Positions 52,201 through 61,256 of a stretch of DNA of 64,000 nucleotides are shown piece by piece. A program made the position numbers and the translations under genes. Numbering within the stretch: position 1 is the first letter of the stretch; each line of letters starts with the position of its first letter. The notes under the pieces are model-generated. The model was not told where the DNA came from, did no database searches, and saw only the letters and a program-made list of their open reading frames with translations. This stretch comes from a virus: IMG/VR virus record IMGVR_UViG_3300047289_000086. One strand, 5' to 3'.

Positions 52201-55200
52201 GCAAGCGCAGCTATTAATAGTGTTGGTTCACGCTATACTAGTGTAACTGGAACAGTTACAGGCGGCGGCGGTACAGGTGCTACAGTCGCTATAGCACTCA
52301 ATTTGGGTACTCCAATTGCTGCAGTTCATATGACTAGTTTAGGTAGCGGATATACAACTGCTACTGCTACAATTAACGGTGACGGTACTGGAGCTACTGC
52401 ATCTGTAACTATTGTTGCTGGCGCTGTAACAGACATTGACTTATTAACTCCAGGTAGCGGATACACTTACGCAACAGTAACTATTACTGGTAACGGCACA
52501 GGTGCTGCTGCAACAGTTCATACTCGCAAAAGTACTATTCAAAACTATGAAATTACTAATGTAGGTAGTGGATATACAAGCAATCCTACAGTAGCTATTA
52601 CTGGTGATGGACACGAAGCTACAGCAACTGCTCAAATTACTGCTGGTGGTGTAACTGATATTGTCATTACAAATCCTGGTCACGGGTATACTTATGCTAC
52701 TATTACCATTACTGGTGGTGGCGGTACAGGTGCTACTGCTAATGCAGTTCTTAGTGGTTATCCATTAGGTTCTATAACTGTTACCAATCCTGGTAAAAAC
52801 TATACTAGTCAACCAACGGTAGTATTAACTGCTAATCAATATGCTGCTGGTGGAGCTGCTTCGGTAACACTTGCTCAAGGCAATACTATTGATAGTATTA
52901 CTTTAAATAATACTGGTACAAATTATACGTACGCAACAGTACAAGTTAATAGTTCCACAGCAGGCACAGGGGCTAACTTCACAGTTTCTGCTACACCAAG
53001 CGGTATTTTAGGTGTTACAGTTACTAATGGTGGACGCCACTATAGTTATGCAAATATTGTTGTAACTGATACTGGTGGAGCTACTGGATTTGCTTCAACT
53101 ACAGCATTGACTCCTGTTCCACAGTATAACAATTATGTTAATGTCAGCACAGGATACGACACAAACAATATTCCAGCAGGAAAATTTACTAATACTTACT
53201 TTATGGCAGTATCCAGTACTGACCGTGTTGTTAAGATACCTAGTTCGTACTTATTTGATACAGTGCGCGAAGCTTTCCAATATGCTGAAAAAGAAATAAA
53301 AGAATTACAAACATACGGAATACCTTACGCCAATTATAAATTTTTAGGTGTGTCAGTTATTAATAGTTCTGGTGAACTGCAGTCTATACCTGATACAAAT
53401 ACAGGAACTGTGTTGTACTATGATTTATTAAATAATAGTATTAATTCAGCTCCGCTAAACCCTAACGGTGCAAAAGTAGGTAGATCGTTAACAACAGATG
53501 CAACTGGAAATGCTTTAGCATGGTTAGGTGCTACAGAGTCCGCAAAAGTTTACTATGTTGCACCACATGGTCGTGACGCAGTAACTAGTGGTAGTAATAT
53601 GGCTACTCCGTTTGCGACCATTAAATATGCTTGCCAACGCGCTGAAGAAGGTTCTACAATCTTTGTTAAAACTGGCACTTATAGTGAACAACTGCCAATT
53701 ACAATTCCAGCAAATGTAGCTATTGTTGGTGATAATCAACGTACAGTAAATATTCAACCAGCAGCTGGTTTGAGTGATGATGGCGTTACAGCAAATAATC
53801 AAGCTTCAATGTTTTTAATGAGCAACGGCTCAATTTTAAACAAAGTTACTATGAGAAATATGACTGGCTGGGTACCAGGCACTACTCCTAGTGATATTAC
53901 TACTTCTACAATTAAAGGTGTGGTAGTTAGATTGAATCCTGCTTCTCCTATACTTACTAAATCTCCTTATGTTTTGGAATGTTCGTTTATTGGTTCAGGC
54001 GCTATTGGTGCTTTAATTGATGGTACAGTCCATGCAACTGGAGCTAAAACCATGATCTTCCATGGCTATACTATTATTAATGATAATGGTGTTGGCTACT
54101 GGGTTAAAGATGAAGGTAAGTCAGAGATTGTAAGTTGCTTTACTTATTATAATTATTTTGGTTACATAGCAACTGGTGGCGGATTTATTCGTGCGCTAAA
54201 CGGTAACAATAGTTATGGTACTTGGGGTGCAGTATCACAAGGATTTGGAGTATCTGAAACAGCAATAACTGGTACAGTTTTAGGTAGACAACTTAATTTT
54301 GTTTATACTGGTGGCACAATTAATGTAGGCGACACTTGTACAAGTAGTGGTGGCGGTACTGGTATTGTTACTAATGTACAGTACAGTGCTAACAAAATAT
54401 ATCTAAAGAATACTTCAGGTAATTTTTCTTTTGGTAATAGTTTAACCTTTCCTAATGGAGGCACAGGCACTATTAGTGCAGGCGCACTAGAGGATCAAAA
54501 AGGTTTTGTACTAGTATTAAATAACTTGACCGCAGTACCTAAACCAGGACAAAGTATTCAATTAGCAGGCGATACTTATGCTTATGTTATACAAAGTATA
54601 GCAGGAACTTATACAAATAGTTCCAGTGAAATTGCGGTAATTTTAGCACAAGAAAAACCAAGTGGTAGTGCTAGTGGTACAGTAGCTACTTTACGTAGTA
54701 AGTATTCGCAGATTCGTTTAACTGGTCATGATTTCTTGTCAATTGGTACTGGTGGTATTACTACTACAAATTATCCAGGTACGCCAACACAAGCAGCTGC
54801 TCAAGGTAATGAAACAAACGAAGTGTTTCCAGGACGTGTCTACTACGTAAGTACAGACCAAGATGGTAACTTCCGTGTTGGTGAATACTTCCGTATTGAT
54901 CAAGCAACTGGACGTGCTACCTTGAATGCTAACGCATTTGACTTGAGCGGTTTGACTAGTTTGAAACTGGGTAGTATTGGTGCTCAATTAGGTGAAACTA
55001 TTAATGAGTTTTCCAGCGATGTTACTTTAAGTGGTAATTCAAATACTGCTGTTCCAACAGAGTATGCTGTTAAAACTTATGTTGATAATAATAATGAAAT
55101 ATATTTGTCTAATACAATTAGTTTTGATAAGTCATTACCACCTAATAAGTTAGCGTTTAGTATGAATTCACTTACATTGACAGGTACAACTGTATATACT

Positions 55201-55260
55201 ATACAAGACGGTGCTTATCATACAATTATGAATCCTACTGGATTTGCACACTCAAAATAA
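49204..55260 (+). CDS. giant (2018 aa) repeat-rich structural/fibre protein
   Basis: About ten N-terminal repeats Y..ND.V.YGGN.Y....T.....P....YW (carbohydrate-binding-module-like). A dozen GSGYT..ATVTI.G.GTGATA repeats. Beta-helix-like C-terminal half. Confidence 0.7.
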   Translation: MSQLIDLGKLRFHFAGQWSASTTYESNDIVKYGGNVYVYTYALKSAGVLPTDTAYWALMVSGFNFMGVFTTTGTYKVGDGIAHGGVVYVCIKDAVNITPPNTTYWSRFLDGIQYEGVYSPTTSYQKNDVVKYGGSIFVAKQDGTNNLPTVTAYWDKFVEGVSPNGIYNDATAYKPNDLVAYGANIYRAKVETTANAPSNTTYWELYVGGIKFTGNFSAVTEYYVNDIVVYGNNIYRSRQTQSNVLPTVSANWELLTAGNSYKGTYVNATAYFQGDIVSYGGNVYIALGVTTGNLPTDTTKWQIYSSGFSYQGVWSSGTAYKINEIVGYGGSLYRSKSDNQNVNPTTTATWDKVVAGFKISGPWSTSTQYATDEVVTYGGNTYISILPHASTVFATDLAANKWQKFNSGIRWMGTWVSTTQYYKDDVVKAGASSFIANVDTIGGSNPAGGTNTNWSSFATGAEGFLSKDGDAMLGMLTLYAAPTDPLHAATKAYADLFLNRTAGGTVTGPIVASGAAATYTATGGATININGGSLNLTNGTTLTTDGTSTLGNTRVSGSLDVDGDLNVDGGDLTVSGTTFNLANTTVTTVNLAGAATTVNVGAATGTTTVKNNLVVDGDVQVKGGDITTNQTTFNLLNTTATTVNAFNAATTLNIAGAATTVEIGAATGTTNINNNVVIDGVLDVISGSTVTNTTDDPTGFDNQHPDTRGVVEFSDNGTRVYSIDKNGDVTVRENSQFATGTAYQTAAIAKTLAIFPAPGQTKFVYWISGVRYEKTTLVTSTASNINGYNYFYFSGASLTNGTTRNDGILTTKANVAAVRGTSQNNRAISVEDQRHGISIDGATLAYIKRAEGIKLVSGHGVTPGTVGTGIYTNTKAGELRDADLTITSPVKTSNKFLVRDVNDWKLADNNDNLLSYKLGILSGVTVTAQGSGYSGLTTSLSVQGDGEGATVTPILAGAALQSITLNNGGTNYANNSTVTLLGDGTGATATIVVPPGKNVASAAINSVGSRYTSVTGTVTGGGGTGATVAIALNLGTPIAAVHMTSLGSGYTTATATINGDGTGATASVTIVAGAVTDIDLLTPGSGYTYATVTITGNGTGAAATVHTRKSTIQNYEITNVGSGYTSNPTVAITGDGHEATATAQITAGGVTDIVITNPGHGYTYATITITGGGGTGATANAVLSGYPLGSITVTNPGKNYTSQPTVVLTANQYAAGGAASVTLAQGNTIDSITLNNTGTNYTYATVQVNSSTAGTGANFTVSATPSGILGVTVTNGGRHYSYANIVVTDTGGATGFASTTALTPVPQYNNYVNVSTGYDTNNIPAGKFTNTYFMAVSSTDRVVKIPSSYLFDTVREAFQYAEKEIKELQTYGIPYANYKFLGVSVINSSGELQSIPDTNTGTVLYYDLLNNSINSAPLNPNGAKVGRSLTTDATGNALAWLGATESAKVYYVAPHGRDAVTSGSNMATPFATIKYACQRAEEGSTIFVKTGTYSEQLPITIPANVAIVGDNQRTVNIQPAAGLSDDGVTANNQASMFLMSNGSILNKVTMRNMTGWVPGTTPSDITTSTIKGVVVRLNPASPILTKSPYVLECSFIGSGAIGALIDGTVHATGAKTMIFHGYTIINDNGVGYWVKDEGKSEIVSCFTYYNYFGYIATGGGFIRALNGNNSYGTWGAVSQGFGVSETAITGTVLGRQLNFVYTGGTINVGDTCTSSGGGTGIVTNVQYSANKIYLKNTSGNFSFGNSLTFPNGGTGTISAGALEDQKGFVLVLNNLTAVPKPGQSIQLAGDTYAYVIQSIAGTYTNSSSEIAVILAQEKPSGSASGTVATLRSKYSQIRLTGHDFLSIGTGGITTTNYPGTPTQAAAQGNETNEVFPGRVYYVSTDQDGNFRVGEYFRIDQATGRATLNANAFDLSGLTSLKLGSIGAQLGETINEFSSDVTLSGNSNTAVPTEYAVKTYVDNNNEIYLSNTISFDKSLPPNKLAFSMNSLTLTGTTVYTIQDGAYHTIMNPTGFAHSK

Positions 55261-55272
55261 GGATAATATTAA

Positions 55273-56241
55273 ATGTCAAAACTTGTAGTAGATACAATTC
55301 AAAGACCAGGGGGAGCGGCAGTGTCGTTCCCCATTGCTGACGGCACAGCAGGTCAATTTTTAAAAACAGATGCCGTAGGTAATTTAACGTTCAGTAGCAG
55401 CTACACTTTTCCAAGCGTAACTTTACCAATAATTGCTCAAGAAGGTAAAGGTATAGTTGGCTGCGTTTCTAGCTTTACTGATCGTTATAATACCTATAGT
55501 AGTCCACAATGGACTTCAACTGGACCTAGCGGTAGTAATTATACTAACTATCTAGCTCATGATGATCCTAGTTTAATACAGTTTATTAATATGGCATTAG
55601 GTGACGGTGTACCTCAAGGTACTAACGAGTGGTTTATAGGCGACGATGATCGTGGTGGTGGTTCAAGAACTCTAATATTTGCTAACGGTGATCGCTTAGG
55701 ATATAAACGTGATAGATTACAGTGGTCAAATAATACGTCTTACGGTGGACATACTTTTAGAATTATGCCTATTCGTAATACTTCTGCAGCACCTATAAGC
55801 GTTACTTTTTATGCTAGATGCTCAGACTACTATAGTTCAGGGTATGAAGGTACCTGTATGTTTGTGTTAACACCAAATACTAGTACATATAGCACTGTAA
55901 CAACTGTATCAAGTACTAGACTTGCTTATACTCAAACTAGTTATGATCAATCTGGTGGTAATCTTACAGGCGCTATTAGTATTCCAGCCAATACTACAGT
56001 ATTGGTATGTTTAGCAAATACTAACTCATATCAAACTACTTATAGATTTAAAGATATTAGTCATTGGTATTATTTAAATACTAGTTATACTTTTAGTAAT
56101 GCAAGTATTGTGTGTGATATGCGTATGTTAAGCTCATTATATGCCAGTAACTTTAACTTGCCTAATTCAGGAACCTGTAATGGCACCGGTATTTTAGCTC
56201 CTCTTTGGACTAAAACTGCCACTAATTTTGGAGATAGATAA
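55273..56241 (+). CDS. receptor-binding-type fibre protein, paralog A
   Basis: Shares the N-terminus MSK..VD.IQ and the C-terminal block HTDR.NTYS...GGH.FR.MP.RNT...TTYRFKD...CDMRML...NYGDR with 56649 and 57933. Confidence 0.65.
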   Translation: MSKLVVDTIQRPGGAAVSFPIADGTAGQFLKTDAVGNLTFSSSYTFPSVTLPIIAQEGKGIVGCVSSFTDRYNTYSSPQWTSTGPSGSNYTNYLAHDDPSLIQFINMALGDGVPQGTNEWFIGDDDRGGGSRTLIFANGDRLGYKRDRLQWSNNTSYGGHTFRIMPIRNTSAAPISVTFYARCSDYYSSGYEGTCMFVLTPNTSTYSTVTTVSSTRLAYTQTSYDQSGGNLTGAISIPANTTVLVCLANTNSYQTTYRFKDISHWYYLNTSYTFSNASIVCDMRMLSSLYASNFNLPNSGTCNGTGILAPLWTKTATNFGDR

Positions 56242-56242
56242 A

Positions 56243-56635
56243 ATGTTTGTAAAATTCAATGAACAAAATATGGCAAAAGAAGTTTTGGGAATATTGCCAC
56301 CCACAGAAAATGCAGCAGATTGGACAGTAGTTGACGATGCACTAATGTCAGCTCGTCGCATTATTAAAGACGGTGATGTTGTACGTGCTGCTACAGATGC
56401 AGAATGTGATGCTGAATTAGCAACACTTCGTGTTGCTGCTGCCGCAAATAAAATGCGCTGGGAACGTGATCAAGCTTTAGCACTTTCTGATAGTTTAGTG
56501 CTGCCAGATCGTTTTGCTAAATTTACAGCAGCTCAACAAGCTAGTATTACTACTTATAGAGAAGCTTTGCGTAATCTTCCCAACCAAACAGGCTTTCCAC
56601 TTGAGGTTACAATTCCCGGCGCACCAGTACTATAA
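56243..56635 (+). CDS. tail fibre assembly/chaperone-like protein
   Basis: GGAG RBS. C-terminus ...ITTYREALRNLPNQTGFPLEVTIPGAP resembles the Tfa W..YR..L......WP..P tail. Confidence 0.55.
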   Translation: MFVKFNEQNMAKEVLGILPPTENAADWTVVDDALMSARRIIKDGDVVRAATDAECDAELATLRVAAAANKMRWERDQALALSDSLVLPDRFAKFTAAQQASITTYREALRNLPNQTGFPLEVTIPGAPVL

Positions 56636-56648
56636 TAGGAGCTAAAAC

Positions 56649-57932
56649 ATGTCAAAGATTATAGTAGACCAAATACAAAAACTAACAGTACCTAGCAGTC
56701 CTAGTGTACTTGCGGTTACTAACTCGGGTTCCGGCTCTTATACTATTAATTCAGCAAGTAACCCAACACTAACTCTAGTTAGAGGTTCTACTTATACCTT
56801 TAACGTAAATGCAGCGGGACACCCTTTTCATATACAGACAGTAAACAGCGCTTATAGTTCTGCAGATGTGTATACTAGTGGGGTAACAAATCCAGGGGCA
56901 TCAGTAGGTACTATAACTTTTACAGTACCTGGTGGAGCACCTAATACCTTATACTATGTTTGTCAAAACCACGCGGCAATGCGTGGAACAATCAACATAA
57001 TTAACAACACTGCAGCAGCTTTTAATATACCTGCAACAGATGGAACTGTTGGTCAGTATATGAAAACTGATGGTAGTCAAAATCTTGGCTGGGCTAGTAT
57101 GACTAACCCAAATCCTGAAATTAAAGCAGCAATACCTATGCAAGAAGGCAAAGGTATTATTGGTAGCATTGTTACACATACTGATCGTGAAAATACGTAT
57201 TCAACAGGTGAATGGGTGGGTACTCCTGCTTGGACAACTTATTATAATTATAATATTTCTGTTGACAATAATGCGATTCAATTTTGGAATATGGTATTCG
57301 GCGATGCACAAGCTAACCGAACTGACCTAACTACTGAACGTATGCCTGGCGGAGACTCAGAGCATCAATTTGCAAGAACACTACAATTTGCTGCTGGTAA
57401 ACGTCTAGGTTATGCCAGAGATTTCTTTCACTATGACAATGCCACTGGTAGCGGGGGACATAGTTTTAGAGTTATGCCAGTACGTAATACTACTGGATCA
57501 CCAATTACAGTTACTATTGCTGGACGAGTAAGTGACTATTATTCAAATAGTTATGAAGGTACTAGTTTGGCGGTATTTGAACCTAATACTACTACGTACA
57601 GCACTGTTACAAGTGTTACAGGAACTTTAATTTCTCAAACTCAGACAAGTGGTCAAAGTTTAAATTTAACTGGTACTTATACTATACCTGCTGGTAAAAC
57701 CGTGTTAGTGTGTTTGGCTAGTACAGACTGCTATATGACTACTTATCGGTTCCGTGACACAAATTTCTTTTATAACCTAGACGCAACTTTTCCTACAGGT
57801 GTTATTTGTGATATGCGTATGTTGTATAATTTACATAATGGTAGGTTTGTAGATTTACAGTATAGCGGCAGTTTTACACCACAAATTTCAGCTATTTGGA
57901 AACAATGTGCAGTTAACTATGGAGACAGATAA
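56649..57932 (+). CDS. receptor-binding-type fibre protein, paralog B, with inserted cupredoxin-like domain
   Basis: Same N- and C-terminal blocks as A and C, plus a ~100 aa insert with GHPFHI and YYVCQNHAAMRG (H...C-x2-H-x2-M). Confidence 0.65.
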   Translation: MSKIIVDQIQKLTVPSSPSVLAVTNSGSGSYTINSASNPTLTLVRGSTYTFNVNAAGHPFHIQTVNSAYSSADVYTSGVTNPGASVGTITFTVPGGAPNTLYYVCQNHAAMRGTINIINNTAAAFNIPATDGTVGQYMKTDGSQNLGWASMTNPNPEIKAAIPMQEGKGIIGSIVTHTDRENTYSTGEWVGTPAWTTYYNYNISVDNNAIQFWNMVFGDAQANRTDLTTERMPGGDSEHQFARTLQFAAGKRLGYARDFFHYDNATGSGGHSFRVMPVRNTTGSPITVTIAGRVSDYYSNSYEGTSLAVFEPNTTTYSTVTSVTGTLISQTQTSGQSLNLTGTYTIPAGKTVLVCLASTDCYMTTYRFRDTNFFYNLDATFPTGVICDMRMLYNLHNGRFVDLQYSGSFTPQISAIWKQCAVNYGDR

Positions 57933-58895
57933 ATGTCAAGAATTTTTGCTGATCAAATACAAAAACCTAGTGGAACTGCTTTTAGTTTACCCGTAGGTAA
58001 CGGAGCTAATAATCAATTTATTCAAACTGATGGACAAGGTAACTTAAGTTTTGAAAATCCTGTAGTTTATGAACCAGGAGAAAGTTGGCTAGTTGCTCCA
58101 GAAACCAGTTATAATATTGGTACAGTATCTACACATACTGACCGCCAAAATATTTATTCAACTGGCGAGTGGGGTGGTAGCAGTAGTTGGACTACGTACA
58201 CAAACTATCAAATACATACTGATAATACTGCTATTCAATTTTGGAATATGTTAATGGGTGATGGTTATGCTAGTGCTAGTGCTACTAGTGAATATATGCA
58301 GGGAGCTGATTCAGAGAATGAGTTACCTCGCAGATTACAGTTTGCAAGCGGTAACCGTGTAGGATATATGCGTGACGTATTTCACTATGATAATTCTCAG
58401 GGTAATCCTGGGCATACTCTTAGATGTTTACCAATTCGTAATACTAATGCGGGTAGTGTTTCAGTAAGTATAAGCGGTGTTGTATCTAATTATTGGAGTA
58501 GCGGAAATGAAGGTGCTCAAATAGCTTATTTTACCCCTAATACAAGCAAATATAGTACAGTTACTAGTGTAACTGGAACAAGCGTAGCTAATGTAACTAG
58601 TAGTAATAATACTAGAGTTAAAGAATTAACTGGTTCAGTAACTATTCCAGGTGGTACAACTGTACTAGTCACATTAACTAGTACTGATTGGTATGAGACT
58701 ACATACAGATTTAAAGACACTAACCTTTTCTATAAATTAAACGAAACTTTTACTGGAGCTAATGGGGTAATTTGTGATATGCGCATGTTAACACATTTAG
58801 CTCGTGGAAGACCAAATTTAAGTTATACAGGAGCTTTAGCCACTAATTTAGCCCCAATATGGACCACTTGCGCAACACAGTACGGAGATAGATAA
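57933..58895 (+). CDS. receptor-binding-type fibre protein, paralog C
   Basis: Same blocks, ends QYGDR. Confidence 0.65.
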   Translation: MSRIFADQIQKPSGTAFSLPVGNGANNQFIQTDGQGNLSFENPVVYEPGESWLVAPETSYNIGTVSTHTDRQNIYSTGEWGGSSSWTTYTNYQIHTDNTAIQFWNMLMGDGYASASATSEYMQGADSENELPRRLQFASGNRVGYMRDVFHYDNSQGNPGHTLRCLPIRNTNAGSVSVSISGVVSNYWSSGNEGAQIAYFTPNTSKYSTVTSVTGTSVANVTSSNNTRVKELTGSVTIPGGTTVLVTLTSTDWYETTYRFKDTNLFYKLNETFTGANGVICDMRMLTHLARGRPNLSYTGALATNLAPIWTTCATQYGDR

Positions 58896-59272
58896 TGAGT
58901 GCAAATATAATTGAAAACTTAACAGTATGTGAAATAAAGGAAGTTATTAGTACTCCTTTATTTCAAACAAATACTTTTTCACTAACAGATTCCTGTACTT
59001 TTTATATAACCAGCAATCCTGGTACTACTGTAAATTTAACTAATGTTAGTTTAACAACAAATGGTGTAATTACAGTTACTTTTATTAGTCCTAATGGAAG
59101 TATGGTAATGCCTACTACGTTAACTGTTAATGGTACTGCTGCAGGTATTAAGTGGCAGGGCGGTAGCGCACCTAGTCAAAGTAGTGGTCAAATTCAATTA
59201 GTAGTGTTTTCTATAATTACTTTGAATAATGCTGTAGCACATGTAATTGGTGCAAAATCAAATTATAGTTAA
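58895..59272 (+). CDS. hypothetical protein
   Basis: 125 aa, TAATG overlap. Confidence 0.5.
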   Translation: MSANIIENLTVCEIKEVISTPLFQTNTFSLTDSCTFYITSNPGTTVNLTNVSLTTNGVITVTFISPNGSMVMPTTLTVNGTAAGIKWQGGSAPSQSSGQIQLVVFSIITLNNAVAHVIGAKSNYS

Positions 59273-59280
59273 GGTATAAC

Positions 59281-60213
59281 ATGACAATTCTAAACAGAGT
59301 TTCTTCTCAAGTTATACTAAGTTCTGCTGCTGGAGGTGCTGCTGCTGCTGCTGAAGTGGTAGCAGCTCCAGGACAAGCTATATTTGGTACAAACGTTGGC
59401 CCCGGTACATTTACTTGGACAGTTCCTGCTAATGTTAAAACAATTAGTGCAGTAGCTGTAGGCGGTGGCGGTGGTGGTCCTTTTATTTGGGCATATCCAG
59501 GAGGATGCGGCGGCGGCTTAGGTTGGAAAAATGCTATTGCAGTTCAACCTGGTCAATCAGTTACTGTTCAAGTAGGTTCAGGCGGTGGGCATTGGAGTTT
59601 TGGTGCTAGTGCTGGCGGTGAAAGCTATGTAGTTAGTAGTGCTGTTGTTCGTGCCGGTGGTGGTGCAGCAGGCGATAATGGTTTTGCAATGTATGGTACT
59701 TATACTGGTGACGGTGGCGGTCAAGGCGGAACTACTGGTTTTTTTGCTTCTCCTGGCGGCGGAGCTGGCGGCTATACTGGTGCTGGTGGCAATGGCGGAA
59801 GCCCTAGTTACGGTTTTGGTGGCGGTGGCGGTACTTTTTACAGTAGTTTTGGCGGTAGTGGTTCAGGCGGTGGTGTTGGTTTACGAGGCACTCAAGTTTT
59901 ACCTAATGGATTTGGTAGCGCTAACGTTTATTTTTACAGCCCCTACAGCGGATACACTACTACTGGTGGTTTTGGTAATGGCGGTGGCGGTGGCGCAGGT
60001 GGCGGAGGCAATGGTGAACATGGCCAAAGTCCTTGGACTAGTTTTGGACCTAATGGTGTCAATTCTAAAGGCGGTACTTATGGCGGAGGCGGTGGCGGTA
60101 GTGGTACTCACGGATTTAGTGGATATACTGGCGGTGATGGTGCTCAAGGCGGTTGCCGTATTATCTGGGGCAAGGGCAGGGAATTTCCTGGTACCTTAAC
60201 TGATGACGTATGA
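59281..60213 (+). CDS. glycine-rich protein
   Basis: 310 aa with many GGGGG/GGxGG tracts. The other long ORFs over the same DNA are low-complexity artefacts. Confidence 0.6.
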   Translation: MTILNRVSSQVILSSAAGGAAAAAEVVAAPGQAIFGTNVGPGTFTWTVPANVKTISAVAVGGGGGGPFIWAYPGGCGGGLGWKNAIAVQPGQSVTVQVGSGGGHWSFGASAGGESYVVSSAVVRAGGGAAGDNGFAMYGTYTGDGGGQGGTTGFFASPGGGAGGYTGAGGNGGSPSYGFGGGGGTFYSSFGGSGSGGGVGLRGTQVLPNGFGSANVYFYSPYSGYTTTGGFGNGGGGGAGGGGNGEHGQSPWTSFGPNGVNSKGGTYGGGGGGSGTHGFSGYTGGDGAQGGCRIIWGKGREFPGTLTDDV

Positions 60214-60232
60214 TCTTGGTTAATTATTAAAA

Positions 60233-60718
60233 ATGAAATTATATATTAAATTAGACGGAAGTGGCGGTGTTATAGATCACCCAATGCAATTTGATTCTGC
60301 ACAAGTTAGTGTAAGTTTTCTTTTAAATAAAGAAGCCGAATCAGTTACTGAAGAAGAAATATTAGCAAATTATTTTGCTGTTTTTGAAAATCTTATAGTT
60401 GACGCTGCTGAAGAAGTTATTGGAGATAACGGATATAAACAATTGCCTAACGGTAATTGGACTAGAAATCTTGTTTTAAAAAGTTTAACACAAAAAGAAA
60501 AAGTAGATAGATGGGTTCGTGGTGTTCGTGATCACAGATTATATATTAGTGACTGGTCGCAATTATCAGATAATGAACTTACTGAAACGGAACGTGCTAA
60601 ATGGGTAGAGTATAGACACTATCTAAGAAAAATGCCTGAAATATACGCAGATGTAACACATCCCGAAGAAATAGTATGGCCAGAGCCTCCACTGCGCAAA
60701 CCACTACCCAAAGTTTGA
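60233..60718 (+). CDS. tail fibre assembly/chaperone-like protein
   Basis: C-terminus ERAKWVEYRHYLRKMPE...IVWPEPP matches the Tfa-type W..YR..L...WP..P tail. Confidence 0.5.
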   Translation: MKLYIKLDGSGGVIDHPMQFDSAQVSVSFLLNKEAESVTEEEILANYFAVFENLIVDAAEEVIGDNGYKQLPNGNWTRNLVLKSLTQKEKVDRWVRGVRDHRLYISDWSQLSDNELTETERAKWVEYRHYLRKMPEIYADVTHPEEIVWPEPPLRKPLPKV

Positions 60719-60719
60719 A

Positions 60720-61256
60720 ATGACTACATTAAAAGAGTTAACTCAGGAAATTCATGAACAAGCAGAGTCTCACCCGTTTACCAAGCTAGTTTTATCAAAA
60801 AATATTACTCACCAAGTATATGCTGACTTTTTATATAATCAACACGCAGTATACCACACACTGGAAACAGTTTGTGGTGTGCGTGGATTATTACAAGACT
60901 TGCCAGGGCTATGTCGAGCTGATTTAATAAGTGAAGATTTAGATGATTTAAACATAACAACAATTAAGTTATATAATAGCACACACAAGTATACACACTA
61001 TGTGGCGTGCAACTTAACAAACGATCAACTGCTAGCACACTTATATGTCAGACATATGGGTGATATGTATGGTGGTCAAATGATTAAAAATTGTGTTCCT
61101 GGCAGTGGCCGTATGTATAATTTTGAAAATCGCAAAGAATTAATTCAAGCGTTGCGAGACAAATTAGATATCTCAATGGCTTCTGAAGCTATCCATTGTT
61201 TTGGTTATGCTATTCAACTATTTACAGAGTTAGCTAATGAGCACAATATTCAATAA
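60720..61256 (+). CDS. heme oxygenase-like protein
   Basis: 178 aa. N-terminal L...T...H..AE....F helix with a candidate proximal His. Translationally overlapped with a bilin reductase gene. Confidence 0.7.
   Translation: MTTLKELTQEIHEQAESHPFTKLVLSKNITHQVYADFLYNQHAVYHTLETVCGVRGLLQDLPGLCRADLISEDLDDLNITTIKLYNSTHKYTHYVACNLTNDQLLAHLYVRHMGDMYGGQMIKNCVPGSGRMYNFENRKELIQALRDKLDISMASEAIHCFGYAIQLFTELANEHNIQ

Noticed and set aside
55273-58895. A diversity-generating retroelement acting on the three paralogous fibre genes.
   Set aside because: The window contains no reverse transcriptase gene. I found no template/variable repeat pair with adenine-specific differences. The divergence is spread over the whole proteins.
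59639-60199. 186 aa + strand and 82 aa - strand ORFs overlapping the glycine-rich gene.
   Set aside because: These are alternative-frame products of GGT/GGC-rich low-complexity DNA (Val/Ala/Leu runs). They are not independent genes.
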